Part shown: positions 9,176 through 19,178 of the stretch, piece after piece | How positions within the stretch are numbered: the first letter of the stretch is position 1 | Layout of the letters: every line of letters begins with the position of its first letter | DNA from: a virus | Direction: 5' to 3' (one strand) | Virus record (IMG/VR): IMGVR_UViG_3300033143_005857 | Location: 1-64,000 of that record | Length of the DNA stretch: 64,000 nt | Notes under the pieces: model-generated | Told to the model about the DNA's origin: nothing | Seen by the model: the letters and a program-made list of their open reading frames with translations, nothing else | Database searches by the model: none | Position numbers and translations under genes: made by a program

Positions 9176-9439
9176 ATGACTACTCCAATTGAAGCACGTA
9201 AATTAGATATGGAGTATAAGAATAACTTAAAGATTATTAAAGAGATCTTAGTTAAGTGTGAAAGTAAAGAAGAAGCAATGAAGAATCCAGTTTATATGCA
9301 ACTTAAACGAATTAACAAGACTAAGTTAGACAGATACTTTGAATTGGTTGAACAATTTCAGATAGAACATGGTTTTGGTAAATTTGGCGACCCAGAAAGT
9401 AAGCACTTTGTTGGTAAAAAGAAGAAAAAGAAAAAGTAG
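9176..9439 (+). CDS. Small basic protein, paralogous to an internal domain of the next gene
   Basis: TTPxEARxLD..YK..LK.IKEI...FQ....GKFGDP.S.H shared with 9903-10148. Confidence 0.7.
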   Translation: MTTPIEARKLDMEYKNNLKIIKEILVKCESKEEAMKNPVYMQLKRINKTKLDRYFELVEQFQIEHGFGKFGDPESKHFVGKKKKKKK

Positions 9440-9449
9440 ATGATAAATT

Positions 9450-11705
9450 TTGAAAAAGTCAACATTAGAAATTATTGCAAAATATGCTATACAAGTTAAA
9501 GGACATCAGCGAACAAGTAAATCTGGTAAAATGACGACAGTAAATACGTATCAGAAAAAAGGAGACAAAAAGGTAAGGTCTGCAAATCCACGTGCATCTG
9601 TTCAAAGTGTTGTATCTCCGTCTAAAAAATCTAAAAAAACTGACAAGAAAAAGTCAAAATCTAAGAAAAAGCAAGAATCAAAAACATCAAAGACTGGTGC
9701 TGGATATATTGATGTTAAGAAGAAACTTGCCAAATCAACCAACAAATCAAAGAAAAAGGCTGGTTTTGGTGGACTTATGTCTATCAAGAACAAACAAGAT
9801 GAAATCAAAAAACGTGTTGATGATCGTGTTAATGCAAATAAGGAAACTAAAAAACAATTTGATGAAATGAATAAAAAGAAATGGAAACCAAAAGATTACG
9901 GTATGGCTACTACTCCAGAAGAAGCACGTGTGCTTGATAGAGCTTACAAGAAAGGGCTTAAAGAAATTAAGGAAATCGTGCTTAAACATGGGAAAGAAGT
10001 AGCAAAAACGAGTCGTGCGTATAAAAAAATTAAAATTCTAAATAAGTGGAGAATGCAAGAATGGTTTCGGATCGTTAAGCAATTTCAAGTAAAAAACCAA
10101 GTAGGTAAATTTGGTGACCCAGACAGTCCACATTACATATCAGATCCAGAGACAATACCTAAAGAGTATGATTATCCATTTAAAAAGAAAGCAACCTCTA
10201 AGAAATCAGCAAAAAAGAAAGTAGTTATTCCTAAAAAAGTAGCAAAAGAAGCAGCTGAATATAATAAGAAAGTTGCTAAAACACCAAAAGCAATAAAGGC
10301 AAAGGCAGAACACAAGAAAGCATTACGAGATGAAAAGCGGGATGAAGTAGATAAGCGGATAATGGCAAAAATAAAAGCACAAGAAAAGCGAGCACTTGAA
10401 AAAGCTAAAAAAGCAAAGAGAACAGATAGACAAGCATTAACAGATTTTGCTATGAGAATTTACGGAAAAAAGAAACTAACAGACAAAATGCGTGATGAGT
10501 TCTATGATGTAAGAAAGAGGTATGGTGAAGAGTTGTGGGAAGGTTATTTAGGAGATATTGAATTTAATCCAAGTGATGTATTAACAGATAGCCAAGTTCA
10601 TGATGCTATTGAATCTCTTGGTGCTTATGCTGAAATGCTTGACGATAACGAAGTTCCAACAAAAAAAGGTATGGAATATATTAAAAAACATCCAAAATCT
10701 AAGTTTTCAAAGGACTTTGATCCAGAAGGAGCAACAATGAAGGCTTTTAATGCAGCAAATAAAGGGATTAAATTACGTGCTAAAGAAAAAGCAAAAAAAA
10801 AGCCAACTTCTAAGAAGCCAGCAAAGAAAGATTTAAAAATAAAAGCCGACTTTGCACAAAGAATGGAAAGTGAAGTTGCAGTAGCAAGTATGTGGGACAA
10901 ACATCGTATAAAAGCAGTAATAGAACTCAAAAACGCATACAAAGATACGGACTATTCAAAATATGAAAGTGGAAGAGATGCTTGGGATAAAGAATGGAGC
11001 AAAGTAGACGGTATTATTAAAAAGTATGAAAAAATTAAAAATAAAATAGATCCAAAACAAAAAACAAAAATTACAGCACTTATAACCGAGTTCAATAAAA
11101 CTCAAAGCGGACGTAATAGAGCATGGTTTAAATTTACACATGGTGGCGAGCGTGTGGCATATCATCCAGCAAGAAGTTATGCAGACCACGAATATTCTGC
11201 CAGTGCTGCTGTTGGAGATACTGAAAAACTTATGGATATGTTTAGAGGAAATATTGCTGGTAGTGCATTTGACAAAGAAATTAAAGCACTTGGTGCTCCA
11301 ATTGACACAAAAGCAAACAAATACAATCAAGATGTAGTTGGGATGATAGGTAATCTTAGGAAAGATTTAGAATCTGGCAAACATACTCCAGAACAGCAGA
11401 AGTGGAGAAAATCAGTATTGAAATTTGCAGACAATGCAGTTAAAGAAAAAACAGCATCTGGAGGTTCGCTTCAAGCAAGTGGAAAAGCAATAAAACATAG
11501 AGTTGAACTGCACCTCAAACGAGAAAAAGCAAAACAACCAACAACACAAACAGAAAGAAGACAAAAATATTATAGTCTTAATAAACAATACTTAGCAACT
11601 AAGAAAAAAGCAGATGCATCAAAAAACCCAATAGAGCAAGGCAAACTCATGAATAAGGCAGCAAGATTTAAGAAGCAGTCGCAAAAATACATTAAAGATA
11701 TATAG
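9450..11705 (+). CDS. Large Lys-rich putative internal head or ejected protein
   Basis: 751 aa, very basic, N-terminal VKGHQRTSKSGKMTTVNTYQK motif, between portal and MuF. Confidence 0.6.
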   Translation: MKKSTLEIIAKYAIQVKGHQRTSKSGKMTTVNTYQKKGDKKVRSANPRASVQSVVSPSKKSKKTDKKKSKSKKKQESKTSKTGAGYIDVKKKLAKSTNKSKKKAGFGGLMSIKNKQDEIKKRVDDRVNANKETKKQFDEMNKKKWKPKDYGMATTPEEARVLDRAYKKGLKEIKEIVLKHGKEVAKTSRAYKKIKILNKWRMQEWFRIVKQFQVKNQVGKFGDPDSPHYISDPETIPKEYDYPFKKKATSKKSAKKKVVIPKKVAKEAAEYNKKVAKTPKAIKAKAEHKKALRDEKRDEVDKRIMAKIKAQEKRALEKAKKAKRTDRQALTDFAMRIYGKKKLTDKMRDEFYDVRKRYGEELWEGYLGDIEFNPSDVLTDSQVHDAIESLGAYAEMLDDNEVPTKKGMEYIKKHPKSKFSKDFDPEGATMKAFNAANKGIKLRAKEKAKKKPTSKKPAKKDLKIKADFAQRMESEVAVASMWDKHRIKAVIELKNAYKDTDYSKYESGRDAWDKEWSKVDGIIKKYEKIKNKIDPKQKTKITALITEFNKTQSGRNRAWFKFTHGGERVAYHPARSYADHEYSASAAVGDTEKLMDMFRGNIAGSAFDKEIKALGAPIDTKANKYNQDVVGMIGNLRKDLESGKHTPEQQKWRKSVLKFADNAVKEKTASGGSLQASGKAIKHRVELHLKREKAKQPTTQTERRQKYYSLNKQYLATKKKADASKNPIEQGKLMNKAARFKKQSQKYIKDI

Positions 11706-11713
11706 GTGATTAC

Positions 11714-13063
11714 TTGAAACTAAGCAACAAGGCTTTTCTTATAGACAGTAAAGACATTCATAGAACTCTAAGACTAACTGTGCTATCTGAAAATAAAGCT
11801 GCAGCAGCAGTTAAAAAAATAGGAATCGAATTACTAAAGTTGGTGAAATATGTTTTTGCTAACAAAGGAGAGTTAGAAGAAGTTGTTTTGCTTAGTGCTA
11901 ATTCCGTTATAGCACAAATAGACAAAGAACTCAACGGTTTAGAAAAGAAACTTGGTAGTAGCTTTATGAACATTATGAATCAAGCAATTCAACAATCGTA
12001 TCAAAGTGCTGGACAAGCAGCAACACAACAAATTAGTAGAATAACACCACAACAAAGATTCACGCTAACATCAAAAGATAAACGAATGATTAAGATGCTT
12101 AAAGATACAGATTTCTCTCTTGTTAAAACACTTTCAAGCAGTCATATAGCAGAAACACGTGCAATCTTTGTTCAAGGCATGCAAGATGGTTTGAGTCAAA
12201 CAGCGATGATTAGACAAGTAATGAAACGTGTGAGAAATACGGAGTATCAAGCACGACGAATTATTCGCACAGAAATTACACGAACAGCAAATATATCTGC
12301 AAGAAAACGTTATCTTGAGGCTGGTATTAAATATTGGCAATGGAATACAGCAATCGATGAACGTGTTTGTAAAGAATGTGCTCCTCTGCATGGAAAAGTA
12401 GCAAAAATAGGCGAATCATTTACAATTCGAAAAGGAAAGAGTATGACTCAGCCACCACTTCATCCATTTTGTCGATGTGGTGTATCTCCAGCATTCAATA
12501 AGCCATTCAAACCAAAGAAAGTTGCACCAAAGCCTAAAAAACCAATTACGAAGTATAAAGGATTTGTTGATAACGATTTGGCTATCGTTAAGAAAATTGT
12601 TGGTTTGATACCAGACGAAATTAAGCAAAAAGTTAAAGTTCTTAACGGAACTCATCCTATTGTTAAAGTAAAAGGGAGGCTATTTGATGATAAAGAAGTT
12701 AGAGCGATAATACCAGCAGCCACACTGACAAAATATAAGAGTGCAACTGGTTTCTATATTAGTGGCAGTATAAATAAGGTTTTTCTTTCAAGTGTAGCAA
12801 CTAACAAGCAACTCATACATGAAATCGGACATGCAATCTATGACGAGTATTTCAGTTCCAATAAACGAGGAAAGTGGATTTTCATGCATCAATTGCATAC
12901 TATGTCTGGAGATTTCATTACTCCACGAGCATCAGTGAATCCAGACGAACATTTTGCAGATGCATTGAGAACGTTTATACTTAACCCAGAAGTGCTCAAA
13001 ACAAAATTCCCAGAATTATATGATTTTATTTTAGAAAATGTCTTTTTTGGTAAAGAGTTTTAG
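11714..13063 (+). CDS. MuF (SPP1 gp7-like) head morphogenesis protein with C-terminal zincin metallopeptidase
   Basis: ARRIIRTE, DERVCKEC..LHG, PPLHPFCRC, then HEIGH...DEHFAD; GGTGA RBS before TTG. Confidence 0.9.
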   Translation: MKLSNKAFLIDSKDIHRTLRLTVLSENKAAAAVKKIGIELLKLVKYVFANKGELEEVVLLSANSVIAQIDKELNGLEKKLGSSFMNIMNQAIQQSYQSAGQAATQQISRITPQQRFTLTSKDKRMIKMLKDTDFSLVKTLSSSHIAETRAIFVQGMQDGLSQTAMIRQVMKRVRNTEYQARRIIRTEITRTANISARKRYLEAGIKYWQWNTAIDERVCKECAPLHGKVAKIGESFTIRKGKSMTQPPLHPFCRCGVSPAFNKPFKPKKVAPKPKKPITKYKGFVDNDLAIVKKIVGLIPDEIKQKVKVLNGTHPIVKVKGRLFDDKEVRAIIPAATLTKYKSATGFYISGSINKVFLSSVATNKQLIHEIGHAIYDEYFSSNKRGKWIFMHQLHTMSGDFITPRASVNPDEHFADALRTFILNPEVLKTKFPELYDFILENVFFGKEF

Positions 13064-13075
13064 GATTGATAAAAA

Positions 13076-13381
13076 ATGGATTATGTAGAAATTTACTACA
13101 ACAATACAAAAATTGGCTATATTGCACAAGATAGTGAAGGACTTATATACGTCAATGCGAAAGACGACGGATACATTTCAATCTTAAAGAGTTTTTTAAT
13201 TCCGTTTAGAATAGATAAAGCAAGCGTTGAAGGAGACGTTAGCATATCAGAAGATTCCGTTATATTATCATCAGATCCAGACTGGATAAATTATCTTGAG
13301 TATAACTTGCCTAAAGACTATACAACGTCTGAGTTAAAGAATACAACCAAGAAAAAGTTTGTAAACAAAGGATTTGGTTAG
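13076..13381 (+). CDS. Small protein after the MuF toxin domain (candidate immunity protein)
   Basis: Position only. Confidence 0.45.
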   Translation: MDYVEIYYNNTKIGYIAQDSEGLIYVNAKDDGYISILKSFLIPFRIDKASVEGDVSISEDSVILSSDPDWINYLEYNLPKDYTTSELKNTTKKKFVNKGFG

Positions 13382-13997
13382 ATTGGTGCAAGATTTAGAC
13401 CTATTACAACCTCTCATAGACGGTTTAGATAATTGGGTCTTAGCATTTAAAAAGGGAATGGGTGCTTATATTGAAAAGACTATACAAGATATCTTTGTTC
13501 GTCAAGGACCACCAACAGATGACACAGACCCACTAAATCCAAGGGGTTTGAATCCTCAATGGAAACCTCTAAGCTGGATTACTGTTCAATTAAAGGGTTC
13601 AAGTGCAATTTTGTTAGATACAAGACAAATGGCTAATTTTGTGCGATGGGAAATAGAAGATAGTGAATGGGACGACCAGCAACAAATAGTTAAAATAGGA
13701 TGGTTTGAAGATGCTGGAGATCGTGTGTTTATTGCAGCAATTCATGAATTTGGGCTGACTGGAACAACATTTAAAACTCCAGACGGACAAATAATGGGAG
13801 GAGAACCAATAGGACGAACAGCGACTGCACGAGCTGGTGTTCGTTCATGGTTCTATAAAACTCTTGGTTTGAAAGTGACTGGTCGTGTGATAATACCAGA
13901 AAGATCCATGCTTAGAAAGGCTGCTGATATTATTGTTCCAGACTTGGAAGATATGGCATGGGCAAGCTTTTTAAGCTTTTTGCGTGGTATAATATAA
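13374..13997 (+). CDS. Virion morphogenesis / tail-completion protein (Mu gpG-like)
   Basis: WKPLS..T...KG...L.DT, AAIHEFG, IPERSML. Confidence 0.75.
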   Translation: MVRLVQDLDLLQPLIDGLDNWVLAFKKGMGAYIEKTIQDIFVRQGPPTDDTDPLNPRGLNPQWKPLSWITVQLKGSSAILLDTRQMANFVRWEIEDSEWDDQQQIVKIGWFEDAGDRVFIAAIHEFGLTGTTFKTPDGQIMGGEPIGRTATARAGVRSWFYKTLGLKVTGRVIIPERSMLRKAADIIVPDLEDMAWASFLSFLRGII

Positions 13998-14009
13998 TAA
14001 GGGATTGAT

Positions 14010-14660
14010 ATGGGTTGCACAAAGTGTGAAATGGTTAAAACTGTTCAAAGAGTAGCCAAAAGCAACAAGGACAAACAAACAAAGGTTGCTCTCAGTAGTC
14101 GTGTAGTATTTGAAAGAATGGATAAATTATCTAAGTTTTCCAAGCCTATCGGTGCATTAAAACAACATAGCAACGAAAAAATAACACAGAAATCGTTTGT
14201 GGTTCAAACGAAGGGGACTGGTAATTCTCTTGCGAGATATAAATACTATTTTGGAGAACAATTAAAACTCAAAATGCAACCATTTTCAAATATTATAGAA
14301 TACGACAAAATTAGAGAACAGTTAAACAATATTGATGATAAATTATGGACAGCAAAGCGAGAATATGAAAGAAGTATGCTTGCAACAGATCCAGAAGAAG
14401 AATTGCTTAAGGTTAGAATTGCTGCACGAAAATCGATGTTTGTTGGAAATAGCAAGCCAGCAGTTAGTGAAGGTGTTGTATATTTAGAGAGTGCTGTAAT
14501 TCAACCAAAGCAAGATAATAATGCTAAGTCTGATGGTTTGTTAGATTGTATGTTAGACTCTGTAAATGAAGCAGAAGCAAAGAGAAAGTTGCATGCTGCT
14601 ATAAAACGTGAACAACCAATGCTTAGCGACGATGTTATAGAAGATCTAATTGGGGAATAA
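14010..14660 (+). CDS. Hypothetical protein
   Basis: ORF in head operon. Confidence 0.6.
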   Translation: MGCTKCEMVKTVQRVAKSNKDKQTKVALSSRVVFERMDKLSKFSKPIGALKQHSNEKITQKSFVVQTKGTGNSLARYKYYFGEQLKLKMQPFSNIIEYDKIREQLNNIDDKLWTAKREYERSMLATDPEEELLKVRIAARKSMFVGNSKPAVSEGVVYLESAVIQPKQDNNAKSDGLLDCMLDSVNEAEAKRKLHAAIKREQPMLSDDVIEDLIGE

Positions 14661-14663
14661 ACA

Positions 14664-14813
14664 ATGCCAAACAATCCTATATCACAAGAAACACGAGAAC
14701 AGATCGAACAATTATCGAGAAAGGACTTTGCAATAAATCGAATAGCCAAATTGACAAATACGTGCAGACCAACTGTTAGAAAGTATCAACACCTTATGAA
14801 CGAAGCAGATTAA
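14664..14813 (+). CDS. 49-aa HTH DNA-binding protein (not in ORF track)
   Basis: MPNNPISQETREQIEQLSRKDFAINRIAKLTNTCRPTVRKYQHLMNEAD. Confidence 0.65.
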   Translation: MPNNPISQETREQIEQLSRKDFAINRIAKLTNTCRPTVRKYQHLMNEAD

Positions 14814-14852
14814 CATACTTTTATTATTTTTAATATCTAAGCGATCTCAGTC

Positions 14853-14867
14853 AAAATTTACATATAT
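14853..14867 (+). promoter_or_regulatory. Late promoter motif (2 of 6)
   Basis: AAAATTTACATATAT upstream of the protease/scaffold gene. Confidence 0.8.
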
Positions 14868-14920
14868 TTAGTGATAACAATATCAACTTAACTTAACCTT
14901 AAAATTGGTTGATATTTTTT

Positions 14921-16018
14921 ATGAGTCAAACAGTAACTGAACAGATAGCTGAAGAATACATTTCTCTAAGCGTAAAAACTGAAGACGTGTATTCCCAAGG
15001 TGGAAGCTTATTCTTTGTAGCGAAAGCCTTAGTAGAAGCGTTCGTTCCAGTTGAAGTTATGGAGCAGTATGCGTGGACTGGTAAGGGGAAAGAGGCACGA
15101 TGGAGACACGAATTACCAGAAGACGATGTAAACGTTCTTATAGGACACATGCACGATTGTTGGTTTGAAGACGGAGGTGTTAAAGCGTTTGTTGAAATTT
15201 GGGGATATAAAGAATCTCTAAAAGAAAAGCAAGCAAAAATAGAATCTGGAGAGTTTAGTGTTTCTCTTGGTTTTAAAAAAACATACGACGAAGCCAACGA
15301 AAATATTGTAGGAATTTACATTCGGGAGATAAGTCTTACTCCAACACCACAATGCACTTTAGAACTTGGTTGCTCTATCGAATCAATTATAGCATTAGAA
15401 GAAACAGATGAAGTTGAAAATACAATGCCAGACAACAACGAAATGATAGAATTGCTACAAAAAACTGTTATTTCTGAAAATACGACGTTAAAGGCTCTGT
15501 CTAATGAACGTCTCGAACAAATTACCACGTTGGAAGCAACGGTATCTGCTATGGAAGAACGAATCGTTTCTTCAAATTCTATCATATCAGAACAAGGTGA
15601 AAAAATAACTACTCTCGAGAAACAAGTAGACGAAGCAGAATCCAAGTTGGGACAATCTGTGACAACTGGTATTCGCAACGAGATTATCGCACTTTTAGAA
15701 ATTACGGACGAAAAAGCCAAAGAAGCTGAGTTTGAAGAACTTTCACAACTTAGCATTGAACAATTAAAAAGAGAGAAAAAGCGAATCGAAAGGATCACTA
15801 CACTAACACAGAAGAAGGCTAAAAAAACATTAGGACAACAGCCAATCTTTTCTTCTGATTTAGAGAATAGTGAAGAAGAAATTTCAGAGCTTGATAAGTT
15901 GACGCCAGAGCAACTTGCAGCAAAAGTAAACCCAGAATTTGCACAATATTTAAAAAAACGCAATGCTACTCCCGCTGGGTTTGACGTCAAAGATGGCAAT
16001 GTGCCAATGATTGATTAG
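14921..16018 (+). CDS. Prohead protease-scaffold fusion
   Basis: H...IG...SVSLGF...EISLTPTPQC protease pattern plus acidic coiled-coil C-terminus. Confidence 0.75.
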   Translation: MSQTVTEQIAEEYISLSVKTEDVYSQGGSLFFVAKALVEAFVPVEVMEQYAWTGKGKEARWRHELPEDDVNVLIGHMHDCWFEDGGVKAFVEIWGYKESLKEKQAKIESGEFSVSLGFKKTYDEANENIVGIYIREISLTPTPQCTLELGCSIESIIALEETDEVENTMPDNNEMIELLQKTVISENTTLKALSNERLEQITTLEATVSAMEERIVSSNSIISEQGEKITTLEKQVDEAESKLGQSVTTGIRNEIIALLEITDEKAKEAEFEELSQLSIEQLKREKKRIERITTLTQKKAKKTLGQQPIFSSDLENSEEEISELDKLTPEQLAAKVNPEFAQYLKKRNATPAGFDVKDGNVPMID

Positions 16019-16029
16019 GAGAAAAGACA

Positions 16030-16911
16030 ATGAGCATAGAAGCATATCCAAATAGGACAACCTTTATTGCAGACAAATATTATCTGAAAAATGGTGTAGC
16101 AGTTAAGACGATGGATGTTATGGCTTTAACTGGTAATACTGTTAATGGACGATTAGAAGTAGACAAGATGAGTGGATCTTATACTAAAGACAAAGTAGTT
16201 GGAGTGACCCCAAACTCGCTTGATGCAGCTTATATTGACCGTGCTATTACTATTGGTGTAAAAGGACCGATGGTTGTTAAATTAGCAAAAGCAGTTGTAG
16301 CAAATCAAGCATTGCAAGGATCTTCTGGAACAATAACAGAAACTTTTAGCGGAGACAATACCGCACAGCAAGCAGTTGTTGTTGAAGCAGTTCCAATTGC
16401 AACCGTGACCAGTTTCAAGGAAGATAACCCAACAACTTTAACACGTATTACTGATGGGACAGCTCCTTCAACTAATGAATATTCGCTTGATGATACAACT
16501 GGTGCATTAATTATCGGTGGAACTTCAGTATCTGGAACAGATAACTACACGCTTATCTTCACAATCGACAGCGGACGGTTAGAACCGTTTGAAGAATTTG
16601 TTGAAGAAGTATTAACAGCAGCAGCCAACGTGATAACTTTATCACATGAACCAGATTTTATTGAATTTGTTGATCGAACAACTGGAACTGCAACTGGTGG
16701 AACTACGCTTATTATTGGTGGAACAGTTGCAACTGGGGAGGGATTATTAGATAGAACTGCAAAGACAATAACGTTTTATGCAACAGACGCTGTTTTAACA
16801 GCAACTATTCGTTATAAACCGAAAAATTATCGCCATTGTGCAAGAGCATTAGAATCAAAAGCCGCTGGAGAACAGTGCAATGTTTACTTTGAAGGAGTTG
16901 AGGCTGCATGA
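16030..16911 (+). CDS. Capsid decoration/cement protein with inserted beta-sandwich domains
   Basis: Cement-like N- and C-terminal halves (VGVT...GPMVVK; ARALESKAAGEQCNV); directly before the MCP. Confidence 0.6.
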   Translation: MSIEAYPNRTTFIADKYYLKNGVAVKTMDVMALTGNTVNGRLEVDKMSGSYTKDKVVGVTPNSLDAAYIDRAITIGVKGPMVVKLAKAVVANQALQGSSGTITETFSGDNTAQQAVVVEAVPIATVTSFKEDNPTTLTRITDGTAPSTNEYSLDDTTGALIIGGTSVSGTDNYTLIFTIDSGRLEPFEEFVEEVLTAAANVITLSHEPDFIEFVDRTTGTATGGTTLIIGGTVATGEGLLDRTAKTITFYATDAVLTATIRYKPKNYRHCARALESKAAGEQCNVYFEGVEAA

Positions 16912-17891
16912 GCTACATACCAAACAACCTAAGAGGACCAGACGACAATTTAGGGCAATGGACTCGCCAATATCCATCGCTTCTAAAAAAGAATTTTATT
17001 GGAATTTCACGTATTTGGGACAAACAAGCTCCTCCAGTGACATTTCAATTGCTGCCACCAAGACCTATGCCTTTCCATTTCGCATGGCAAGTTGCTATTG
17101 ATCCATCAATAATGGCTCCTTACGTGCAAGAAGGTGCAGACACTCCAATGGCTGACAGTGAGCAGAAAACAGAGAACTTTGTTTGCAAAGAAGCAAGACT
17201 TGGATCAAAAATCTCTCAACGTGCAATTAGCTTTGGTATTAAAAACATTGTGCAACGGAAAGTGACCAATCTTGTAGATGCAGTTAATCTTACTCGTGTT
17301 TGGGAAAATATTCAAGCATTGACTGGAACTAATGCAAATCAATCGCTTGCTCTTACAAGATTGAATACTGCTGTTGCTGGACAACCTCACGGAAGTGGAA
17401 CTGCGAAAGGTTGGGACGAAGAATCAAACACTTTACTCAAAGATATTATAGCCATGAAGACTGACATCCAAAAGAAAAGCGGACACATGCCAGAATGGTT
17501 GTTCCTCCCAATTGATGAGTATGAATATCTCCATGATGACTCAAACATTTTAGACCAACTGAAATATACAAGCGGAACTTTGCTTGTTGATGGTAGATTG
17601 ACCCGAATCAAAGGATTGAAAATTGTAATTGTGCCTCACTTCTGGAAAGAACGTGCAAAAACTGGTGTAGAAACTAAACACTGGCTTTTACAAGACAAAG
17701 CAATTGTTGCGTGTAGTAATATTGGTTTTACAGCAGTTGCAGAACCTCAATCTGGATCTGCTCCAGTAATGGATCGATGGTATGAAAAGAAAGCACGAAG
17801 TGTGTTTATTCACGGCTACAGCTCATTTACCTCTGTTATTGAAGACTATGGTAAAATTGGTATTATTAGCGGAACAAACTCAAAGGTGTAG
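16908..17891 (+). CDS. Major capsid protein (HK97 fold)
   Basis: APYVQEGADTP, DIIAMKTDI..KSGHMPEWL, position after scaffold/cement genes. Confidence 0.85.
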   Translation: MSYIPNNLRGPDDNLGQWTRQYPSLLKKNFIGISRIWDKQAPPVTFQLLPPRPMPFHFAWQVAIDPSIMAPYVQEGADTPMADSEQKTENFVCKEARLGSKISQRAISFGIKNIVQRKVTNLVDAVNLTRVWENIQALTGTNANQSLALTRLNTAVAGQPHGSGTAKGWDEESNTLLKDIIAMKTDIQKKSGHMPEWLFLPIDEYEYLHDDSNILDQLKYTSGTLLVDGRLTRIKGLKIVIVPHFWKERAKTGVETKHWLLQDKAIVACSNIGFTAVAEPQSGSAPVMDRWYEKKARSVFIHGYSSFTSVIEDYGKIGIISGTNSKV

Positions 17892-17904
17892 GAAAATACC
17901 ATTA

Positions 17905-17927
17905 TTTTTTTTCTATTTTTTCTATTT
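17905..17927 (+). terminator. Oligo-T terminator after the MCP gene
   Basis: TTTTTTTTCTATTTTTT; same string at 35175-35191. Confidence 0.6.
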
Positions 17928-17939
17928 GTATTTGTGTCC

Positions 17940-17954
17940 AAAATTTACATATAT
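17940..17954 (+). promoter_or_regulatory. Late promoter motif (3 of 6)
   Basis: AAAATTTACATATAT upstream of the neck/tail operon. Confidence 0.8.
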
Positions 17955-17996
17955 TTTTGACAACCATTTCTTATTTAAAATTGGGTGTTTTACAGC

Positions 17997-18311
17997 ATGA
18001 CTTTTAAACCTACAAGAGAACAAGACTTTCAGAACCTAACCGCTACTGTTGCTGGACAAGCTGCTGTATTAGCAAGAACTTATGTCAAAACATTGATTCA
18101 AGTAGATACTGTAGACGCAAGTATACGTATCGCAATTAATGGTATTGTTGCTGTTGCTGATATGGATGGAACAAAGGCGATAAAGGTTAATTATGGCACA
18201 GATTTATACATCGACAACCATTATGTAGAATCAATATCATTTATTCGTGATACTGGCGAGGTTTCTGACGTTGACTTTCATATCTTTGGAATGTCACGCA
18301 AATTTAATTGA
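17997..18311 (+). CDS. Virion-associated hypothetical protein
   Basis: First ORF after the late promoter. Confidence 0.55.
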   Translation: MTFKPTREQDFQNLTATVAGQAAVLARTYVKTLIQVDTVDASIRIAINGIVAVADMDGTKAIKVNYGTDLYIDNHYVESISFIRDTGEVSDVDFHIFGMSRKFN

Positions 18312-18325
18312 AAATGGTGAATTAA

Positions 18326-18817
18326 ATGACAACTAACTGGAAAAAGCACAAACCAAAGGTAGCGTTTTACTGTTTTGGTGATAGTTCACGTCAGTTAGAT
18401 ATAGACAATATAGTTATGGAAGACGCTGTTTTACTGCTAAATTCAGAATTAGATAAACTTAAAGAAAATCTTTCAGCAACAGCAAACAAAACAGATCCAA
18501 TGTTATTGCAAGCAATTGTATTTTTTGCTTGTCATTTAACTGTTAAGGCTGGAAGAGCAAACGAACGAAGCGGAAAAGTAGTATCTGAAAGTATGGATGG
18601 AATGAGTGTAAGTTATGAATCAGTTGGGTTAGAAAAAATAACACAACGCAACCAACCAAAAGATTTTTACAGTTCTGCTGTTGATATGATTAATAGATAC
18701 GCTGAAAAGTATCTACCTTCAAGAAAAACAGTGCCGTATGCTATTGCAAACAGTAGAAGTGGAATACTTGACGGACTCTATGATAAATACACGGATAGAT
18801 TTACACATGGCATTTAA
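18326..18817 (+). CDS. Head-tail adaptor
   Basis: VVSESMDGMSVSY motif, position, GGTGA RBS. Confidence 0.7.
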   Translation: MTTNWKKHKPKVAFYCFGDSSRQLDIDNIVMEDAVLLLNSELDKLKENLSATANKTDPMLLQAIVFFACHLTVKAGRANERSGKVVSESMDGMSVSYESVGLEKITQRNQPKDFYSSAVDMINRYAEKYLPSRKTVPYAIANSRSGILDGLYDKYTDRFTHGI

Positions 18818-19178
18818 CAACTTTGCACCACTGATCCGAAGTCATAAAAGGGAATTTATACTTATATCAAGAACTTCTGGTGTAAGAGACCCTTTAACAA
18901 GCAGATTTAGGAAAGGTTCAGCAGATGACGGTATAAAATGTAATGGTGTGTTTGAAACAGTGACAGAAAAGGATTTGAAAAAACATCCAGATTTTGAATT
19001 GTTAAGTTCTGACTTAAAACTAACCACTACTCCCGAAATGATAAAAAAGCATATCCCAACGTTGAAAGAGAAAATTGTGTATAATGGTTTAACATATTGG
19101 ACTCATCGCATTGTAAATAAAGTGCATTACGGTAATTATTATATAATTTTTTTGAAAAAGGAGGAAACAAGCGTATGA
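18807..19178 (+). CDS. Head closure protein
   Basis: Size, beta-rich pattern and gene order. Confidence 0.55.
   Translation: MAFNNFAPLIRSHKREFILISRTSGVRDPLTSRFRKGSADDGIKCNGVFETVTEKDLKKHPDFELLSSDLKLTTTPEMIKKHIPTLKEKIVYNGLTYWTHRIVNKVHYGNYYIIFLKKEETSV

Noticed and set aside
15316-15999. Long antisense ORFs (for example 15316..15999, 62565..63488, 47707..48108)
   Set aside because: Shadows of well-supported genes on the opposite strand.
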